Part shown: one piece after another, positions 38,483 through 49,066 of the stretch | Numbering within the stretch: the stretch's first letter is position 1 | Layout of the letters: each line of letters opens with the position of its first letter | Assembly (NCBI GenBank): GCA_963736005.1 | Contig: CAVTNB010000001.1 | Span: 160,001 to 224,000, forward strand | Direction: 5' to 3' | DNA: 64,000 nucleotides | Source: an uncultured Pseudomonadota bacterium | GTDB lineage: Bacteria; Vulcanimicrobiota; Vulcanimicrobiia; Eremiobacterales; Eremiobacteraceae | Notes under the pieces: generated by a model | The model's database searches: none | What the model was told of the DNA's origin: nothing | Seen by the model: the letters and a program-made list of their open reading frames with translations, nothing else | Made by a program: the position numbers and the translations under genes

Positions 38483-39667
38483 GTGTTGCGCCGCGTTGCG
38501 ATTTTAGGTTCCACGGGATCGATAGGCCGCCAAGCGCTGCAGGTTATCGCGGCGCACCCCGATCGCTTTTTGGTTGTCTCACTCGCCGCCGGGTCGAACG
38601 TAGAACTGTTGGCCGAACAAGCGAACGCGCTTCGGCCCAAAGTGCTCTCGATTGCGGACGAATCCCGTTGCGGAGTGCTCGCCCAAAAGCTCTCCTATGC
38701 GCCAGAGAGCATCTGCTCTGGAGAAGAAGGTCTGGTCCAAGCCGCGACGGACGCTGGAGCGGATATCGTTGTTGCGGCGACCGATGGAATGGCGTCGCTG
38801 CGTGCGGTTTTCGAAAGCATCAGTCGGGGCTTGCACGTGGCACTGGCCAATAAGGAGCTGCTCGTGGGTGCCGGGCGGACGCTCTGCGCGCTGGCCCGCT
38901 CGACTGGCGCGCGTCTTCTTCCGGTAGACTCCGAACACAGCGCGCTGTTTCAGTGCTTGCTTGGCGAACATAGTGAAGATGTCGCCTCGGTGGTCCTGAC
39001 AGCGAGCGGCGGTCCATTTTGGACGTGGTCGCTCGAAGAGATGGAACGGGCAACCCCGGAGCTTGCGCTTCGCCATCCAATCTGGGCGATGGGGCAAAAG
39101 AACACCATAGATTCTGCGACCCTCATGAACAAGGGTTTAGAAGTCATCGAGGCGAGCTATCTTTTTCACCTTCCACCTTCGAAAATCGAAGTCGTCGTGC
39201 ATCGCCAGAGCATCGTGCACGGATTCGTCATCTTTGCCGACGGCAACGTGAAAGCGCAACTCGCGGCGCCCGACATGCGTCTGCCAATCGGATTTGCGCT
39301 GGCCTACCCAGAGCGGCTTCCAGCTCCATTCGCACAAAGAGAGACGAAAGCAGCAATCGGAATGGAAGGGAAAAGCTCGACGCTCTCGTTCGAGCCAGTT
39401 GACGGGCGTCGCTTTCCATCCTTGCAGCTTGCCTATCGCGCGCTGCAGCTCGGAGGAACCTACCCGGCGGTGCTCTCAGCGGCAAACGAGGAAGCAGGAC
39501 GCGCGTTCCTGCAAGGGCAAATCAAGTTTACGGAAATCTGCTCAATCGTCGAGAGCGCGCTCGCCGCGCACGTTGCGACGAGTGACGGGCTTGACGAAGT
39601 GAAAGCAGCGGACAGCTTCGGCCGCGCGTTCGCACGGCAGGCCTTGGGCGACGCAGCTCGGCGCTAG
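38483..39667 (+). CDS. dxr: 1-deoxy-D-xylulose-5-phosphate reductoisomerase
   Basis: ILGSTGSIG, LANKE, PVDSEH and DSATLMNKGLEVIEA motifs. Confidence 0.95.
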   Translation: MLRRVAILGSTGSIGRQALQVIAAHPDRFLVVSLAAGSNVELLAEQANALRPKVLSIADESRCGVLAQKLSYAPESICSGEEGLVQAATDAGADIVVAATDGMASLRAVFESISRGLHVALANKELLVGAGRTLCALARSTGARLLPVDSEHSALFQCLLGEHSEDVASVVLTASGGPFWTWSLEEMERATPELALRHPIWAMGQKNTIDSATLMNKGLEVIEASYLFHLPPSKIEVVVHRQSIVHGFVIFADGNVKAQLAAPDMRLPIGFALAYPERLPAPFAQRETKAAIGMEGKSSTLSFEPVDGRRFPSLQLAYRALQLGGTYPAVLSAANEEAGRAFLQGQIKFTEICSIVESALAAHVATSDGLDEVKAADSFGRAFARQALGDAARR

Positions 39668-39707
39668 GGAGAGGAAGCAAGAGCGGGGGTCACCCCCCGT
39701 ACGAAAA

Positions 39708-40808
39708 ATGGTCGACAGCTTGGTCTTGGGCGCGGTGCTCTTGTCGGTTTCCCTTGCGGGCATCGGCAACTTTGTCATCTATCTTGCGTTGCTCTCAGCG
39801 CTGATCATCTTCCACGAGTTCGGTCACTTTGTTTTTGCGAAGCGCGCAGGCGTCACCGTCACTGATTTTGCCATCGGTTTCGGGCCGTCGCTTGTGGCCG
39901 TGCGGCGCGGCGACACAACCTATCGCGTCAACGTGCTGCCGCTGGGCGGCTACTGCAAGATGCTCGGCGAGGATACCGAGGGCGCTTCAAACGATCCGGG
40001 GAATTTCAACCACAAGAGTCTCGGCGCGCGCTTTCTCATCATTGCCGCAGGCCCGATATTTAACTTGCTGCTGGCAGCCGCGATATTCGCCGGTCTGGGC
40101 GCCACGGTCGGCGTTCAAGTTGGACCGACCACGATGGTGGCTTCGGTGAAAGCAGGGTCGGCCGCGGCCGAGGCAGGTCTGCGCCCCGGCGATCAGATCC
40201 TCGCGCTTGACGGCACGCGCGTGAGCAGCGGCAGCGACATGATTTCGTACATCCGCGCGCATGGGGGCAAGACGCTCCAGGTTGACGTTCTGCGAACCGG
40301 CGCGCGCCTGCACTTGCGCATCGAAGACAAAGCGCAAATCATCAACGGTCAACTTGCCGGAGCCCTCGGGTTTTACGCGCAGGAAGCCACCGAGCGAAAG
40401 CCGCTGTTGGCAGCGGTTGCGTACGGTTTCAACCAAGTTGGTGCGACGGCCGCGGGGCAGTTTGTCGGCATTGTCGACGCCATTCGAAATCGCGACGCAT
40501 CTGTCATTAGCGGACCCGTCGGCATTGCCCACGTGGTCATGGGCGCCGCAGCACTTGGCGCTCCTGTGGTGCTCCAAATTGGCGCGGTCATTTCCGTTGT
40601 GCTGGGTCTGATTAACCTGCTGCCGTTTCCAGCACTAGACGGTGGGCGACTCGCTTTCCTCGTTATTGAACTCGCGCGCGGGCGGCCGATCAATCCGGAG
40701 CGCGAGGGCCTCGTGCATCTTGCCGGCTTTGCGCTGCTGATGGTGCTCGTTGCGTTCGTCACCTACCACGACATCGTGCAGTGGGTTCACGGCAAAGGTG
40801 GGCTATGA
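39708..40808 (+). CDS. rseP: RseP-like M50 intramembrane metalloprotease with PDZ domain
   Basis: HEFGH, PLGGYC, AGPIFN and NLLPFPALDGG motifs. Canonical position after dxr. Confidence 0.9.
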   Translation: MVDSLVLGAVLLSVSLAGIGNFVIYLALLSALIIFHEFGHFVFAKRAGVTVTDFAIGFGPSLVAVRRGDTTYRVNVLPLGGYCKMLGEDTEGASNDPGNFNHKSLGARFLIIAAGPIFNLLLAAAIFAGLGATVGVQVGPTTMVASVKAGSAAAEAGLRPGDQILALDGTRVSSGSDMISYIRAHGGKTLQVDVLRTGARLHLRIEDKAQIINGQLAGALGFYAQEATERKPLLAAVAYGFNQVGATAAGQFVGIVDAIRNRDASVISGPVGIAHVVMGAAALGAPVVLQIGAVISVVLGLINLLPFPALDGGRLAFLVIELARGRPINPEREGLVHLAGFALLMVLVAFVTYHDIVQWVHGKGGL

Positions 40809-41956
40809 GCGCGCGACAAGAACTCCCACCCGTACCGCAGTGGTCGGGGATCCAAGAACGTCATCCGCAAGCTCCTCCACTTGCTGCGCGGCGCCGTTCG
40901 CGCCCGGTCAAAGTTGGGAACTTGACCATCGGGGGCGATGCGCCTATCTCCGTTCAATCAATGACGACGACAAAAACGGACGACTGGGCGGCAACGCTGG
41001 AGCAAATTCACCAGCTGGCCGCCGCGGGTTGCGAGATCGCGCGAGTATCCGTGCCGGATGCAAAAGCGGCTGCGGCTTGCAAGAAGATCAAAGAAGGCTC
41101 GCCGCTACCTTTGGTCGCGGATATCCATTTCGATCATCGATTCGCGCTTGCTGCAATCGAGGCTGGCTGGGACAAACTGCGGTTGAACCCGGGCAACATT
41201 CGAGACGAGCGAAAAGTTCGAGAGGTCGTCGAAGCCGCCAAGGCCCAAAAGATGCCGATCCGTATCGGGGTCAACAATGGCTCGCTTGCGCCAGACATCG
41301 TCCAGCGTTTCGGTCACACGCCGGAGGGCATGGTCGAATCAGGTCTGCGGCACCTTCGCATTCTCGAGGATTTGGATTTTCGAGACATCGTCGTCTCCCT
41401 CAAGGCGCACGACGTGCGCACGACGGTCGCCGCGTATCGCCTCATGGCCACGAAAGTCGACTATCCATTTCATCTCGGCATTACCGAAGCAGGAACGCTG
41501 CGCAGCGGAACCGTGAAGAGCTCCGTCGGCTTGGGGATCTTGCTTGCGCAAGGTATCGGCGACACGATTCGCGTCTCGCTAACTGCCGATCCCGTCGAAG
41601 AAGTCCCCGTCTGCTGGGAGCTGTTGAAGTCGCTTGGCCTGCGAGAACGGGGCGTCGAAATCACGTCGTGTCCTTCGTGCGGTCGCGTGCAAATCGACAT
41701 CGTGAAGCTCGCCGAACAAGTCGAGGCGATCACAGCGGAATATCGGGCGCCGGTGAAAGTCGCGGTTATGGGGTGCGCGGTCAATGGTCCAGGCGAAGCA
41801 TCCATGGCTGACGTCGGCATCGCCGGAGGCAAAAGTATGGGTCTTTTATACCGCGACGGTGTGATGGTGCGCTCGCTTCCTGAAGCCCAGCTGCTCGACG
41901 GTCTGCGGGAAGAGATCGAAAAAGTCATTGCCGAGCGATATCCCGAGTATCGCTAA
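40805..41956 (+). CDS. ispG: HMBPP synthase (flavodoxin-dependent)
   Basis: VQSMTTT, PLVADIHF, RLNPGN, HLGITEAG, SCPSCGR and MGCAVNGPGE motifs. Confidence 0.96.
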   Translation: MSARQELPPVPQWSGIQERHPQAPPLAARRRSRPVKVGNLTIGGDAPISVQSMTTTKTDDWAATLEQIHQLAAAGCEIARVSVPDAKAAAACKKIKEGSPLPLVADIHFDHRFALAAIEAGWDKLRLNPGNIRDERKVREVVEAAKAQKMPIRIGVNNGSLAPDIVQRFGHTPEGMVESGLRHLRILEDLDFRDIVVSLKAHDVRTTVAAYRLMATKVDYPFHLGITEAGTLRSGTVKSSVGLGILLAQGIGDTIRVSLTADPVEEVPVCWELLKSLGLRERGVEITSCPSCGRVQIDIVKLAEQVEAITAEYRAPVKVAVMGCAVNGPGEASMADVGIAGGKSMGLLYRDGVMVRSLPEAQLLDGLREEIEKVIAERYPEYR

Positions 41957-43394
41957 ACCCATTCGCGCTCCCGCGTTGTTGGGAGCGGTTCTCCTGGGTG
42001 CAACGGTGTTGCGCGTGGCTGCTGCGCTGCGCCGGCCATTGCAAGTGGATGAGGGGTACTCGCTGCATCTCGCGGCATTGCCGATCAACCAGGGGTTAAG
42101 CGCTGTCGCAACTCTGGACGTGCATCCCCCGCTTTTTTTGTTGGTCACCCACGCGCTGCACAGCGTGGGCGTCTCAGATATTGGAATGCGACTCATCATG
42201 GCGGCGCTGGGCGTTGCGTCCGTGGGGATGTTCTACGGCATCGTGCGGGCATGGCACGGAGAGCACGTCGCGCTCATTGCGGCAGCGTTTGCGGCGTTCA
42301 TGCCCAGTCTTATCTTCTACGACACCATGATTCGCATGTACGCGCCGTTTGATGCCTTTGCGGTCGCGACATTTCTTTTGCTCTCCTTCCTTTATACACG
42401 TGAGGATTTGACCGTCGCGCAGCGGCGAGCATTGTGGTGCGGCTGGGCCCTTGCGTGCGGCGCCATGATCCAGACGCTCTACTTAGGGTTTTTCGTCATT
42501 GCGGCGCAGCTGGGGTATGCTGCGTTCGTGCGCCGCGATGGACTCGTGCGCTCGCTCGTCGGTGCGGCGATCGCTTGCCTCGCTTGGTTGCCGCAGCTGC
42601 CGACGTTCTTGAACCAGTTGCCTCGCGGTGGTCTGGCCTTCCCCTTTTACGCACAGCATCAGCTAGCCGCATTGTTCGAACTGCCCGGGCAGGCGACGAT
42701 TGCTGTGCAAACCCACGGTGCGGGTCTCGTCGTGGTCCTGGCGAGCCTCTTTGCGTGGGCTTGGATCGCGATCTCGGTTGCTGTCGGCCTGCGGGGCAAT
42801 GCAGCTTCACTGGCGATATGGATGGGAGTCCCCGCGCTCCTCACGCTCGCCTATAGCGCGATCGCGCATAAATTGCTCTACACGGACAGATACTATCTGC
42901 TCTTTGCGTATGCGCTGTGCGCACTCACTGCGGTTGCGCTGGTACGGGCCACCGCGAGACGGACCAACCTTGGCTGGGCGTGCGGCGTTGTCGCAGGCGC
43001 AACCGTAGGCGTGCTGGGTTGCGCGTATGCGTTTGACGATCGCTTGTACACGGCAGACTGGCCACACATCGCGCAGTTGCTCGGCGAGCGAACACAGCCC
43101 CGCGACCTGATCGTTATGGAGCAAGGCTCACCGTTCTTTGTACTCGAGCGCGGGCCGCAGCTCGGCCGCCATCCGCTGATTTTAGTGTTTCATCGCGGCC
43201 AGGTCGCTCCGACCCTCAACCTTGTGAAACCCTTTCGGAGCGTGTGGCTGCTGCTTTTCCAATCCGGGCCGGTCGATCCAAACGCCGACTTGGTCGTCGG
43301 CTTCGAAAAGCGATATCGGGTAGCTGGCCTTTGGGCCTTCGAGCGATGGCTGCCAGCCGAGAACGCCACCGTGGTACTTTTCGTACAGAAGTGA
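41928..43394 (+). CDS. GT-C fold membrane glycosyltransferase (PMT_2/GT39-like)
   Basis: LQVDEGYS, DVHPPLF and IRMY motifs, many TM segments and a C-terminal soluble domain. Start uncertain. Confidence 0.75.
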   Translation: MPSDIPSIAKPIRAPALLGAVLLGATVLRVAAALRRPLQVDEGYSLHLAALPINQGLSAVATLDVHPPLFLLVTHALHSVGVSDIGMRLIMAALGVASVGMFYGIVRAWHGEHVALIAAAFAAFMPSLIFYDTMIRMYAPFDAFAVATFLLLSFLYTREDLTVAQRRALWCGWALACGAMIQTLYLGFFVIAAQLGYAAFVRRDGLVRSLVGAAIACLAWLPQLPTFLNQLPRGGLAFPFYAQHQLAALFELPGQATIAVQTHGAGLVVVLASLFAWAWIAISVAVGLRGNAASLAIWMGVPALLTLAYSAIAHKLLYTDRYYLLFAYALCALTAVALVRATARRTNLGWACGVVAGATVGVLGCAYAFDDRLYTADWPHIAQLLGERTQPRDLIVMEQGSPFFVLERGPQLGRHPLILVFHRGQVAPTLNLVKPFRSVWLLLFQSGPVDPNADLVVGFEKRYRVAGLWAFERWLPAENATVVLFVQK

Positions 43395-43396
43395 AT

Positions 43397-43440
43397 GGAG
43401 CAGCGGACCTTTAGGTCCGCTTTCGCGAATTTATTCGCGA
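43397..43440 (+). repeat. Composite of family A and family B palindromes
   Basis: GGAGC-AGCGGACCT-TT-AGGTCCGCT, then TCGCGAATTTATTCGCGA. Confidence 0.85.
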
Positions 43441-43497
43441 CCCTGAGGGCCAAGAAGGACCCAGGGTTTTGACGCCGTCGGCAAGGAAAGCGGCAGC

Positions 43498-44943
43498 ATG
43501 GCAAAAGGCATGGAGAAAAAAGAGGTTCAGCGCATTCCGCGCAAGGCCGACGATCTGTCGGAATGGTACACACAAGTCTGCCTTCAGGCCCAGCTTGCCG
43601 ACTACACGCCCGTGCGCGGCTGCATCGCCATGCGCCCGTACGGCTTTGCCATCTGGGAACTCATCACGGCAGAGTTCGATCGCCGCTTTAAAGCCACCGG
43701 CCACAGCAACGCCTATTTCCCGTTGTTCATCCCAGAGGGGCTTTTTATGCGCGAGGCCGAGCACGTCGAGGGGTTCGCCCCCGAAGTCGCCTTGGTCACC
43801 GAAGGGGGCGGCGAAAAACTCACCGAGCGCTTGGTCATCCGGCCTACATCGGAAGTCATCATTGGAACGCTCTACGCCAAATGGATCCAGTCTCATCGAG
43901 ATCTACCGGTGCTGATCAACCAATGGTCCAACGTGGTGCGCTGGGAAAAGGCAACGCGGCCTTTCCTGCGCACGCTCGAGTTTCTGTGGCAAGAAGGTCA
44001 CACGGCGCATGCAACTCGAGAAGAAGCCGCAGCCGAAGTGCAACAGATGCTCAATATCTACCGCGAGGTTGCGGAGAGTGTGTTAGCTTTACCGGTGATT
44101 AGCGGGCGCAAGAGCGACAACGAAAAGTTTGCGGGTGCCGAAGCAACCTTTGCCATTGAAGCACTGATGCCGGACGGCAAAGCATTGCAGGCCGGCACGT
44201 CGCACGAGCTTGGCCAGAACTTTGCCCGTGCCTACGACATCACGTTTACCGATGCGGACGAGCAGGTCAAACACGTGTGGACGACCTCCTGGGGAGTTTC
44301 GTGGCGGGTGCTTGGTGGTGTCGTCATGGCGCACGGAGACGACAATGGCCTCGTCCTGCCGCCCGCGATTGCACCCCATCAGGTCGTCATCGTTCCCATC
44401 CCGCGCAAGGGTGCCGACGACGTGCTGCCGGCTGCGCAAGAGCTCGCGAGGGAACTTGCGGGCATTTGCAGGGTGCGTTTGGACGATCGTGTGGAGCAAA
44501 GCGCACCGTGGAAGTTCAACGAGTGGGAGTTGCGCGGCGTTCCCATCCGCATTGAGCTCGGAAAACGGGATTTGGACTCGCAGGTCGTCACCGTGGCCCG
44601 GCGCGACACGTTGACCAAGGAGACGATCCCGCGTAACGAGGTCGCCGCCCGCATTCCCAAACTTTTGAGCGACGTCCAACAAGCGCTCTACGAGCGAGCA
44701 CGCGCCGATCGCGACGCGCGCACGACCATCGCGAACGATCGGGAATCGCTCGTGTCGGCACTGCAAGCCCAGCGCGGGTTTGTCTTGGCGCCGTGGTGCG
44801 AGCAAGCATCATGCGAACTCGACATCAAGGCGCAGACCGGCGCTGTCTCCCGCGTGATCGCAGGACCGGCCGATGCGGGGCAGCGTTGCGCGTACTGCGG
44901 TCAGCCGGCAAAGGTCCTCGCCTACTTTGCGCGCTCGTACTAA
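43498..44943 (+). CDS. proS: Proline--tRNA ligase (archaeal/eukaryote-like type, no editing insertion)
   Basis: EAEHVEGFAPE, IRPTSE, FLRTLEFLWQEGH, LQAGTSH and GVPIRIELG motifs, C-terminal FARSY. Confidence 0.95.
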   Translation: MAKGMEKKEVQRIPRKADDLSEWYTQVCLQAQLADYTPVRGCIAMRPYGFAIWELITAEFDRRFKATGHSNAYFPLFIPEGLFMREAEHVEGFAPEVALVTEGGGEKLTERLVIRPTSEVIIGTLYAKWIQSHRDLPVLINQWSNVVRWEKATRPFLRTLEFLWQEGHTAHATREEAAAEVQQMLNIYREVAESVLALPVISGRKSDNEKFAGAEATFAIEALMPDGKALQAGTSHELGQNFARAYDITFTDADEQVKHVWTTSWGVSWRVLGGVVMAHGDDNGLVLPPAIAPHQVVIVPIPRKGADDVLPAAQELARELAGICRVRLDDRVEQSAPWKFNEWELRGVPIRIELGKRDLDSQVVTVARRDTLTKETIPRNEVAARIPKLLSDVQQALYERARADRDARTTIANDRESLVSALQAQRGFVLAPWCEQASCELDIKAQTGAVSRVIAGPADAGQRCAYCGQPAKVLAYFARSY

Positions 44944-44948
44944 GATCT

Positions 44949-45003
44949 GTAGCAGCGGACTTTTAGGTCCGCTCTTCCACGGGGCGACTTTCCAGTCGTA
45001 CCC
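44949..45003 (+). repeat. Composite of family A and a degenerate family C palindrome
   Basis: GTAGC-AGCGGACTT-TT-AGGTCCGCT, then GGGGCGACTTTCCAGTCGTACCC. Confidence 0.75.
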
Positions 45004-45013
45004 TCCAGGTCAG

Positions 45014-46193
45014 GTGGTATTCATCGCGTTGCTGGTCGTAGCGTTGTGTTGTGCGGCTGCGCGCGCCAACACCGGCGCAATCCTCATGTATCATCACGTC
45101 TCGCCGACCGTCCAACCGGGGCCCTACGCCCGCGCGCTGACGGTGACCCCAGCTGAATTCGAGCAGCAACTCCGATGGCTGCGCGGTCACGGTTGCGAGC
45201 TCGTGACGGTCAAACAGGTGTGGTCGGATACCGTGCACGCGCAGCTCGCTCCGTGCGAGGCTGCGTTGACGTTCGACGACGGTTACGTGGATGTTGCCAC
45301 ATATGCCATGCCTCTGTTGGCGCGCTACGGCGGGCTCGGCACGCTCTACATCGCGACCGGGTTTGTCGGATCGGCGGACCACATGACCGTTGCCAACCTC
45401 CGCGCAGCCAATCTTGCGGGTCTACGAAATTGGCGCTCACACCGTTAACCACGTCGACCTTACAAAACTCTCCTACGCGCGAGCGTATCATGAAATCGAC
45501 GCTTCAGCGGCAGCACTGCGGCTGTGGTTGGGCTCGCCTGTTTCCAGCTTTGCCTATCCTTCAGGAAAATTCGATCGCCAGATTGCCGATGCGGTTCGAG
45601 CGCTGCATTTCGATAACGCTGTGACAACCAATCCCGGTCATCTCGCAGCGAGCGAGAATCCCTACGAGCTGCCACGCTACCGAGTCATGCACGGGCAGGG
45701 CATGCCGCTGCTGGCCCAGGTGTTTCCACAAGCGGCTGGTGCAACCGCGGATTGGGAGGCCACAACCCATGTCGCTCGCGAGCGCATTGCGGGGAACGAC
45801 CTGCAAACCGCAGAAGCCATTGCCGTCGCGCTTCTGGCCCGGAAGTTTCCCGAGCAAATCCTTAAGGTGCACGTAGTTGCAGTGCAGCCGGCCACGGTGG
45901 CCGGCATTGTTCTGTCCGGTGTCAAGTTTCATGCCGTGATGGATCGCAGGCGCTTCGAGCGAGACGTGCAGCAAATGGTTGGCGTGACGTTTTCCGCAGC
46001 GCCGCGGGTCGATGAGGTCGATGTTTGGACGACCGTGCCGATCCAGGTGCATTCTGGAGCGATCGTGTCGGGAGACTACGCAACGCCAACAGCAAAGACG
46101 GTCTTTTCCGCAGCGGTCGTTCGGACGGCGCAAGCGGCGCAAACTGACGGCTGGAATCTCGGCGTCACCTATTGGGATCGGCAATGGCTATGA
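45014..46193 (+). pseudogene. Secreted polysaccharide deacetylase (NodB/CE4) with a C-terminal extra domain, split by a +1 frameshift at about 45421-45425
   Basis: ILMYHHV and LTFDDGY in the first frame. EIGAHTVNH, FAYPSG and ELPRY in the second frame. Confidence 0.8.
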
Positions 46194-47470
46194 GCGACGA
46201 AACGTACCAAAAAACTCTGTTGGGCAACGGCATCCGCGTCATCACCGAACACATTCCGTTCATTCGCAGTGCGGCGATCGGCGTGTGGGTTGGCGTCGGC
46301 TCCTCCCACGAAGAAGCCCCCATTCGCGGCATTAGTCATCTCATCGAGCATATGCTCTTCAAAGGAACGCCGACAAGGAGCGCGCGCCAAATCGCCGAGA
46401 CGATGGACTCCGTCGGTGGTCACCTCAATGCTTTTACTGACAAGGAAGTGACCTGTTATCACGCGCGCGTGGTGGACGTGCACTCCGAGCTCGCGATGCG
46501 CGTGCTCGCCGATATGTTCTTGCATGCCAAGTTTGACCCGGTCGATCTGCGCAACGAACAACAGGTGATCTTGGAAGAGATTCGGATGTACGATGACTCG
46601 CCCGACGAAATCAGTCAAGATCTCTTCATGCGCTCGGTGTGGGCAGGCAGCTCGCTCGGCGAGCCGACCATCGGCTATGCCGAGACGGTGTCGGCTATCA
46701 ATCGCGACTTGATCACGCAGTACATGCGCGCCCGCTACACGCCGGATCGGGTCGTTGTGACGGCCGCCGGCAATGTCGACCACGCAGCCTTCGTCACCTT
46801 GACGCAAGAATTACTAGGCTCCATGCAGGGAAGGTTTGACGGCGTCGATCCGCCCGCACCCACATTTCGCCCGACTGTGACCGGCAAACACAAAGACTGC
46901 GAGCAGGTGTACGTGCTGGTTGGCGCCGAGGGAACGAGCGCGAGCGATGACGTGCGCTACCCGCTGTCCGTGCTCGACGCGATCTTGGGCGGCGGCATGG
47001 CGTCACGGCTGTTCCAGGAGATCCGCGAGAAACGCGGCCTCGTGTACAGCGTGTTTTCGTCGCACAATCCGTATCGCAGCGGCGGCATCTTTAGCATTTC
47101 GGCCTCCACAAGTCCGAAGAACGCACAAGAAGTGGTGTCGCTGGTTCGTTCCGAGCTTGCACACCTCGTGGAGGAGGGCGTGTTGCCGGACGAACTCTCA
47201 CGGGCCAAAGAGCACATTAAAGGAACCATGCTGCTGTCGCTCGAGAGCACGAGCACCCGCATGATCCGTCTCGGCCGAACCGAATTGAATTTGGGGCGCC
47301 ACGTGTCACCCGCTGAAGTGATCGCGCGTATCGACGCGGTGACCAAAGAGGAGGTTGACGAAGCAGCGCGACGGATATTCGCGCCGCAGCGACTGGCCCT
47401 GACCGTTCTCGGGCCGGTCGATCCGCAAGCCATCGTGAGCGCGTTCGAATCGCTGGCAAAGTCCGCTTGA
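46190..47470 (+). CDS. M16 (pitrilysin-like) zinc peptidase
   Basis: HLIEHMLFKGT, NAFT and SRLFQEIREKRGLVY motifs. Confidence 0.92.
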   Translation: MSDETYQKTLLGNGIRVITEHIPFIRSAAIGVWVGVGSSHEEAPIRGISHLIEHMLFKGTPTRSARQIAETMDSVGGHLNAFTDKEVTCYHARVVDVHSELAMRVLADMFLHAKFDPVDLRNEQQVILEEIRMYDDSPDEISQDLFMRSVWAGSSLGEPTIGYAETVSAINRDLITQYMRARYTPDRVVVTAAGNVDHAAFVTLTQELLGSMQGRFDGVDPPAPTFRPTVTGKHKDCEQVYVLVGAEGTSASDDVRYPLSVLDAILGGGMASRLFQEIREKRGLVYSVFSSHNPYRSGGIFSISASTSPKNAQEVVSLVRSELAHLVEEGVLPDELSRAKEHIKGTMLLSLESTSTRMIRLGRTELNLGRHVSPAEVIARIDAVTKEEVDEAARRIFAPQRLALTVLGPVDPQAIVSAFESLAKSA

Positions 47471-47495
47471 GGCGCGAGCGCCGCGCGCACAACGC

Positions 47496-48317
47496 ATGAC
47501 GGCATATCTCGTCGTCGCCGCGGTCCTGTATCTCTTTGCGCAAGCGCTCCAAATGGGTACCGGCGCGGCCCGGCTTGCGGGTGTCCGCAGCAAACGCGTC
47601 GCCACCGGCTTGACGCTCTTCAATCTTTTTGCGACCAGCTCGCGCATGCTCAATCTGATCTACGCGCCGCTCATGGGCGCGCTGATCGATATCTCGCGAC
47701 ACTTGGGAGACGTGAGCGGCTTCGAGCGAGATTTGCGGGTCATCATCGCAGCCGCAACGCTGGGGTCAATCCTCGGCGGCGCGCTGACCCCAACCTTCGC
47801 GGTCCTCTTGCAGCGCGGCATTGCATCATTCGAACGGTCGGGCTCGCTCGTCGGATCGATTGCCAGGCTCGCCCGCCCCACGACGTTTGCTTCGGCTCTG
47901 GCAGAATTTCGTTCGCCGCGGGCAGCAATGCTTCGCTACAGCCCAGCGGGTTTGCCAAAAGCATTCTTATTTTGGAATGTCATCGTTATGGCATTTTGGG
48001 TAGCAGGCCCGCTGTCGGCGTTCTACGCAGGGGTAATCGATGCCAAAGTGACGGGGACGGCGCTTTTGCTGTCTGGTCTCATTACCGGCGTGGCGACCGT
48101 GACGCTGACCCTCATCGTCGATCCGACGGCCGCGGTTATTACCGACCAGGCTGCATTGGGTATGCGGCCCGAATCCGATATCAAAGCAATGCTTCTCTAT
48201 CTCGTGCTGGGCGCGATTGCCGGCACCCTACTGGCGCAACTCGTGTTGTGGCCGGCGGCGCATCTCATCGTGATCGTTGCGAGGTTCTTAGTGAATCATG
48301 GTTTGCAACATGGTTAA
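47496..48317 (+). CDS. Amj-like (DUF2837) lipid II flippase
   Basis: RLAGVRSKRVA...FN...SR, LRVIIAAATLG, SGLITGVATV...VDP and GTLLAQL pattern recalled from the Amj family. Confidence 0.7.
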   Translation: MTAYLVVAAVLYLFAQALQMGTGAARLAGVRSKRVATGLTLFNLFATSSRMLNLIYAPLMGALIDISRHLGDVSGFERDLRVIIAAATLGSILGGALTPTFAVLLQRGIASFERSGSLVGSIARLARPTTFASALAEFRSPRAAMLRYSPAGLPKAFLFWNVIVMAFWVAGPLSAFYAGVIDAKVTGTALLLSGLITGVATVTLTLIVDPTAAVITDQAALGMRPESDIKAMLLYLVLGAIAGTLLAQLVLWPAAHLIVIVARFLVNHGLQHG

Positions 48318-48963
48318 GCGGATCGTTATCGTCTGCGCCGTGCTGTGTGCAGCCTTTTCAAGCGGCTGTGCCGGCCCCATCACACACTGGATGGTGAACT
48401 TGCGCAATTCGCAAGGCGACGCCGCGCTTGTGCGACCGACGTTGCCGGAGGCGGAAAAAGAATATCGTCTCGCGCTCGCCCTCGACCCCAAAAACGCACA
48501 CGCTCGCGCGGGTTTGGCGAAGGTCCTCTACTTGCGAGCAAAATTAGATTTCACCCAAAGCATGCTGGATGAGGCAGCCGACGAAATCGCGCAGTCCCTC
48601 AAATACGCTCCCGACGATGCCACGGCGCTCGCCTTGTCAAACGATATCGGCCAGGCCAAGATTCGGCGAGAGATCGTGATTTCGAACTACCCGCTCTACG
48701 GTTCGATCAACGCCGCCCTCGCTCCAACGTTTAAGTCGATCAGCGAGAGCAGCAAGGCGATTCAAAAAGAAGTAAAAGCGTTTTCGAGTGATTTCGACAC
48801 GACGCATCTCACCAGGGCCATCGTTGGCTCGTACGACCTCGAAGATGAAGTCCACAGAATGAGCCAGCGCTTGATTACCTACCGGGGCTATGTGACCTCA
48901 GGTCAGGTCAAGTCGGCGACGTCAACGCAATCCACCGCCCCGTCTCTGTTGCCCGTCCCCTAA
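48310..48963 (+). CDS. TPR-containing lipoprotein
   Basis: Lipobox SSGC. TPR-like AEKEYRLALALDPKNAHARAGLA. Confidence 0.7.
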   Translation: MVKRIVIVCAVLCAAFSSGCAGPITHWMVNLRNSQGDAALVRPTLPEAEKEYRLALALDPKNAHARAGLAKVLYLRAKLDFTQSMLDEAADEIAQSLKYAPDDATALALSNDIGQAKIRREIVISNYPLYGSINAALAPTFKSISESSKAIQKEVKAFSSDFDTTHLTRAIVGSYDLEDEVHRMSQRLITYRGYVTSGQVKSATSTQSTAPSLLPVP

Positions 48964-48971
48964 TGTCGTCA

Positions 48972-49066
48972 CGCGAATGTATTCGCGCGGTCGCCAAAAA
49001 ACATCGCGAATAAATTCGCGACACTACAGGTGCCGCTTTTGTAGGGGGCGATTGGAAAATCGCCCC
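48972..49066. repeat. Composite of B + B + C palindromes between convergent genes
   Basis: CGCGAATGTATTCGCG (48972), TCGCGAATAAATTCGCGACACTAC (49004-49027) and GTAGGGGGCGATTGGAAAATCGCCCC (49041-49066). Confidence 0.85.

Noticed and set aside
39684..39702. CGGGGGTCACCCCCCGTAC hairpin as a fourth repeat family
   Set aside because: It is a single copy in the window and cannot be supported as a family.
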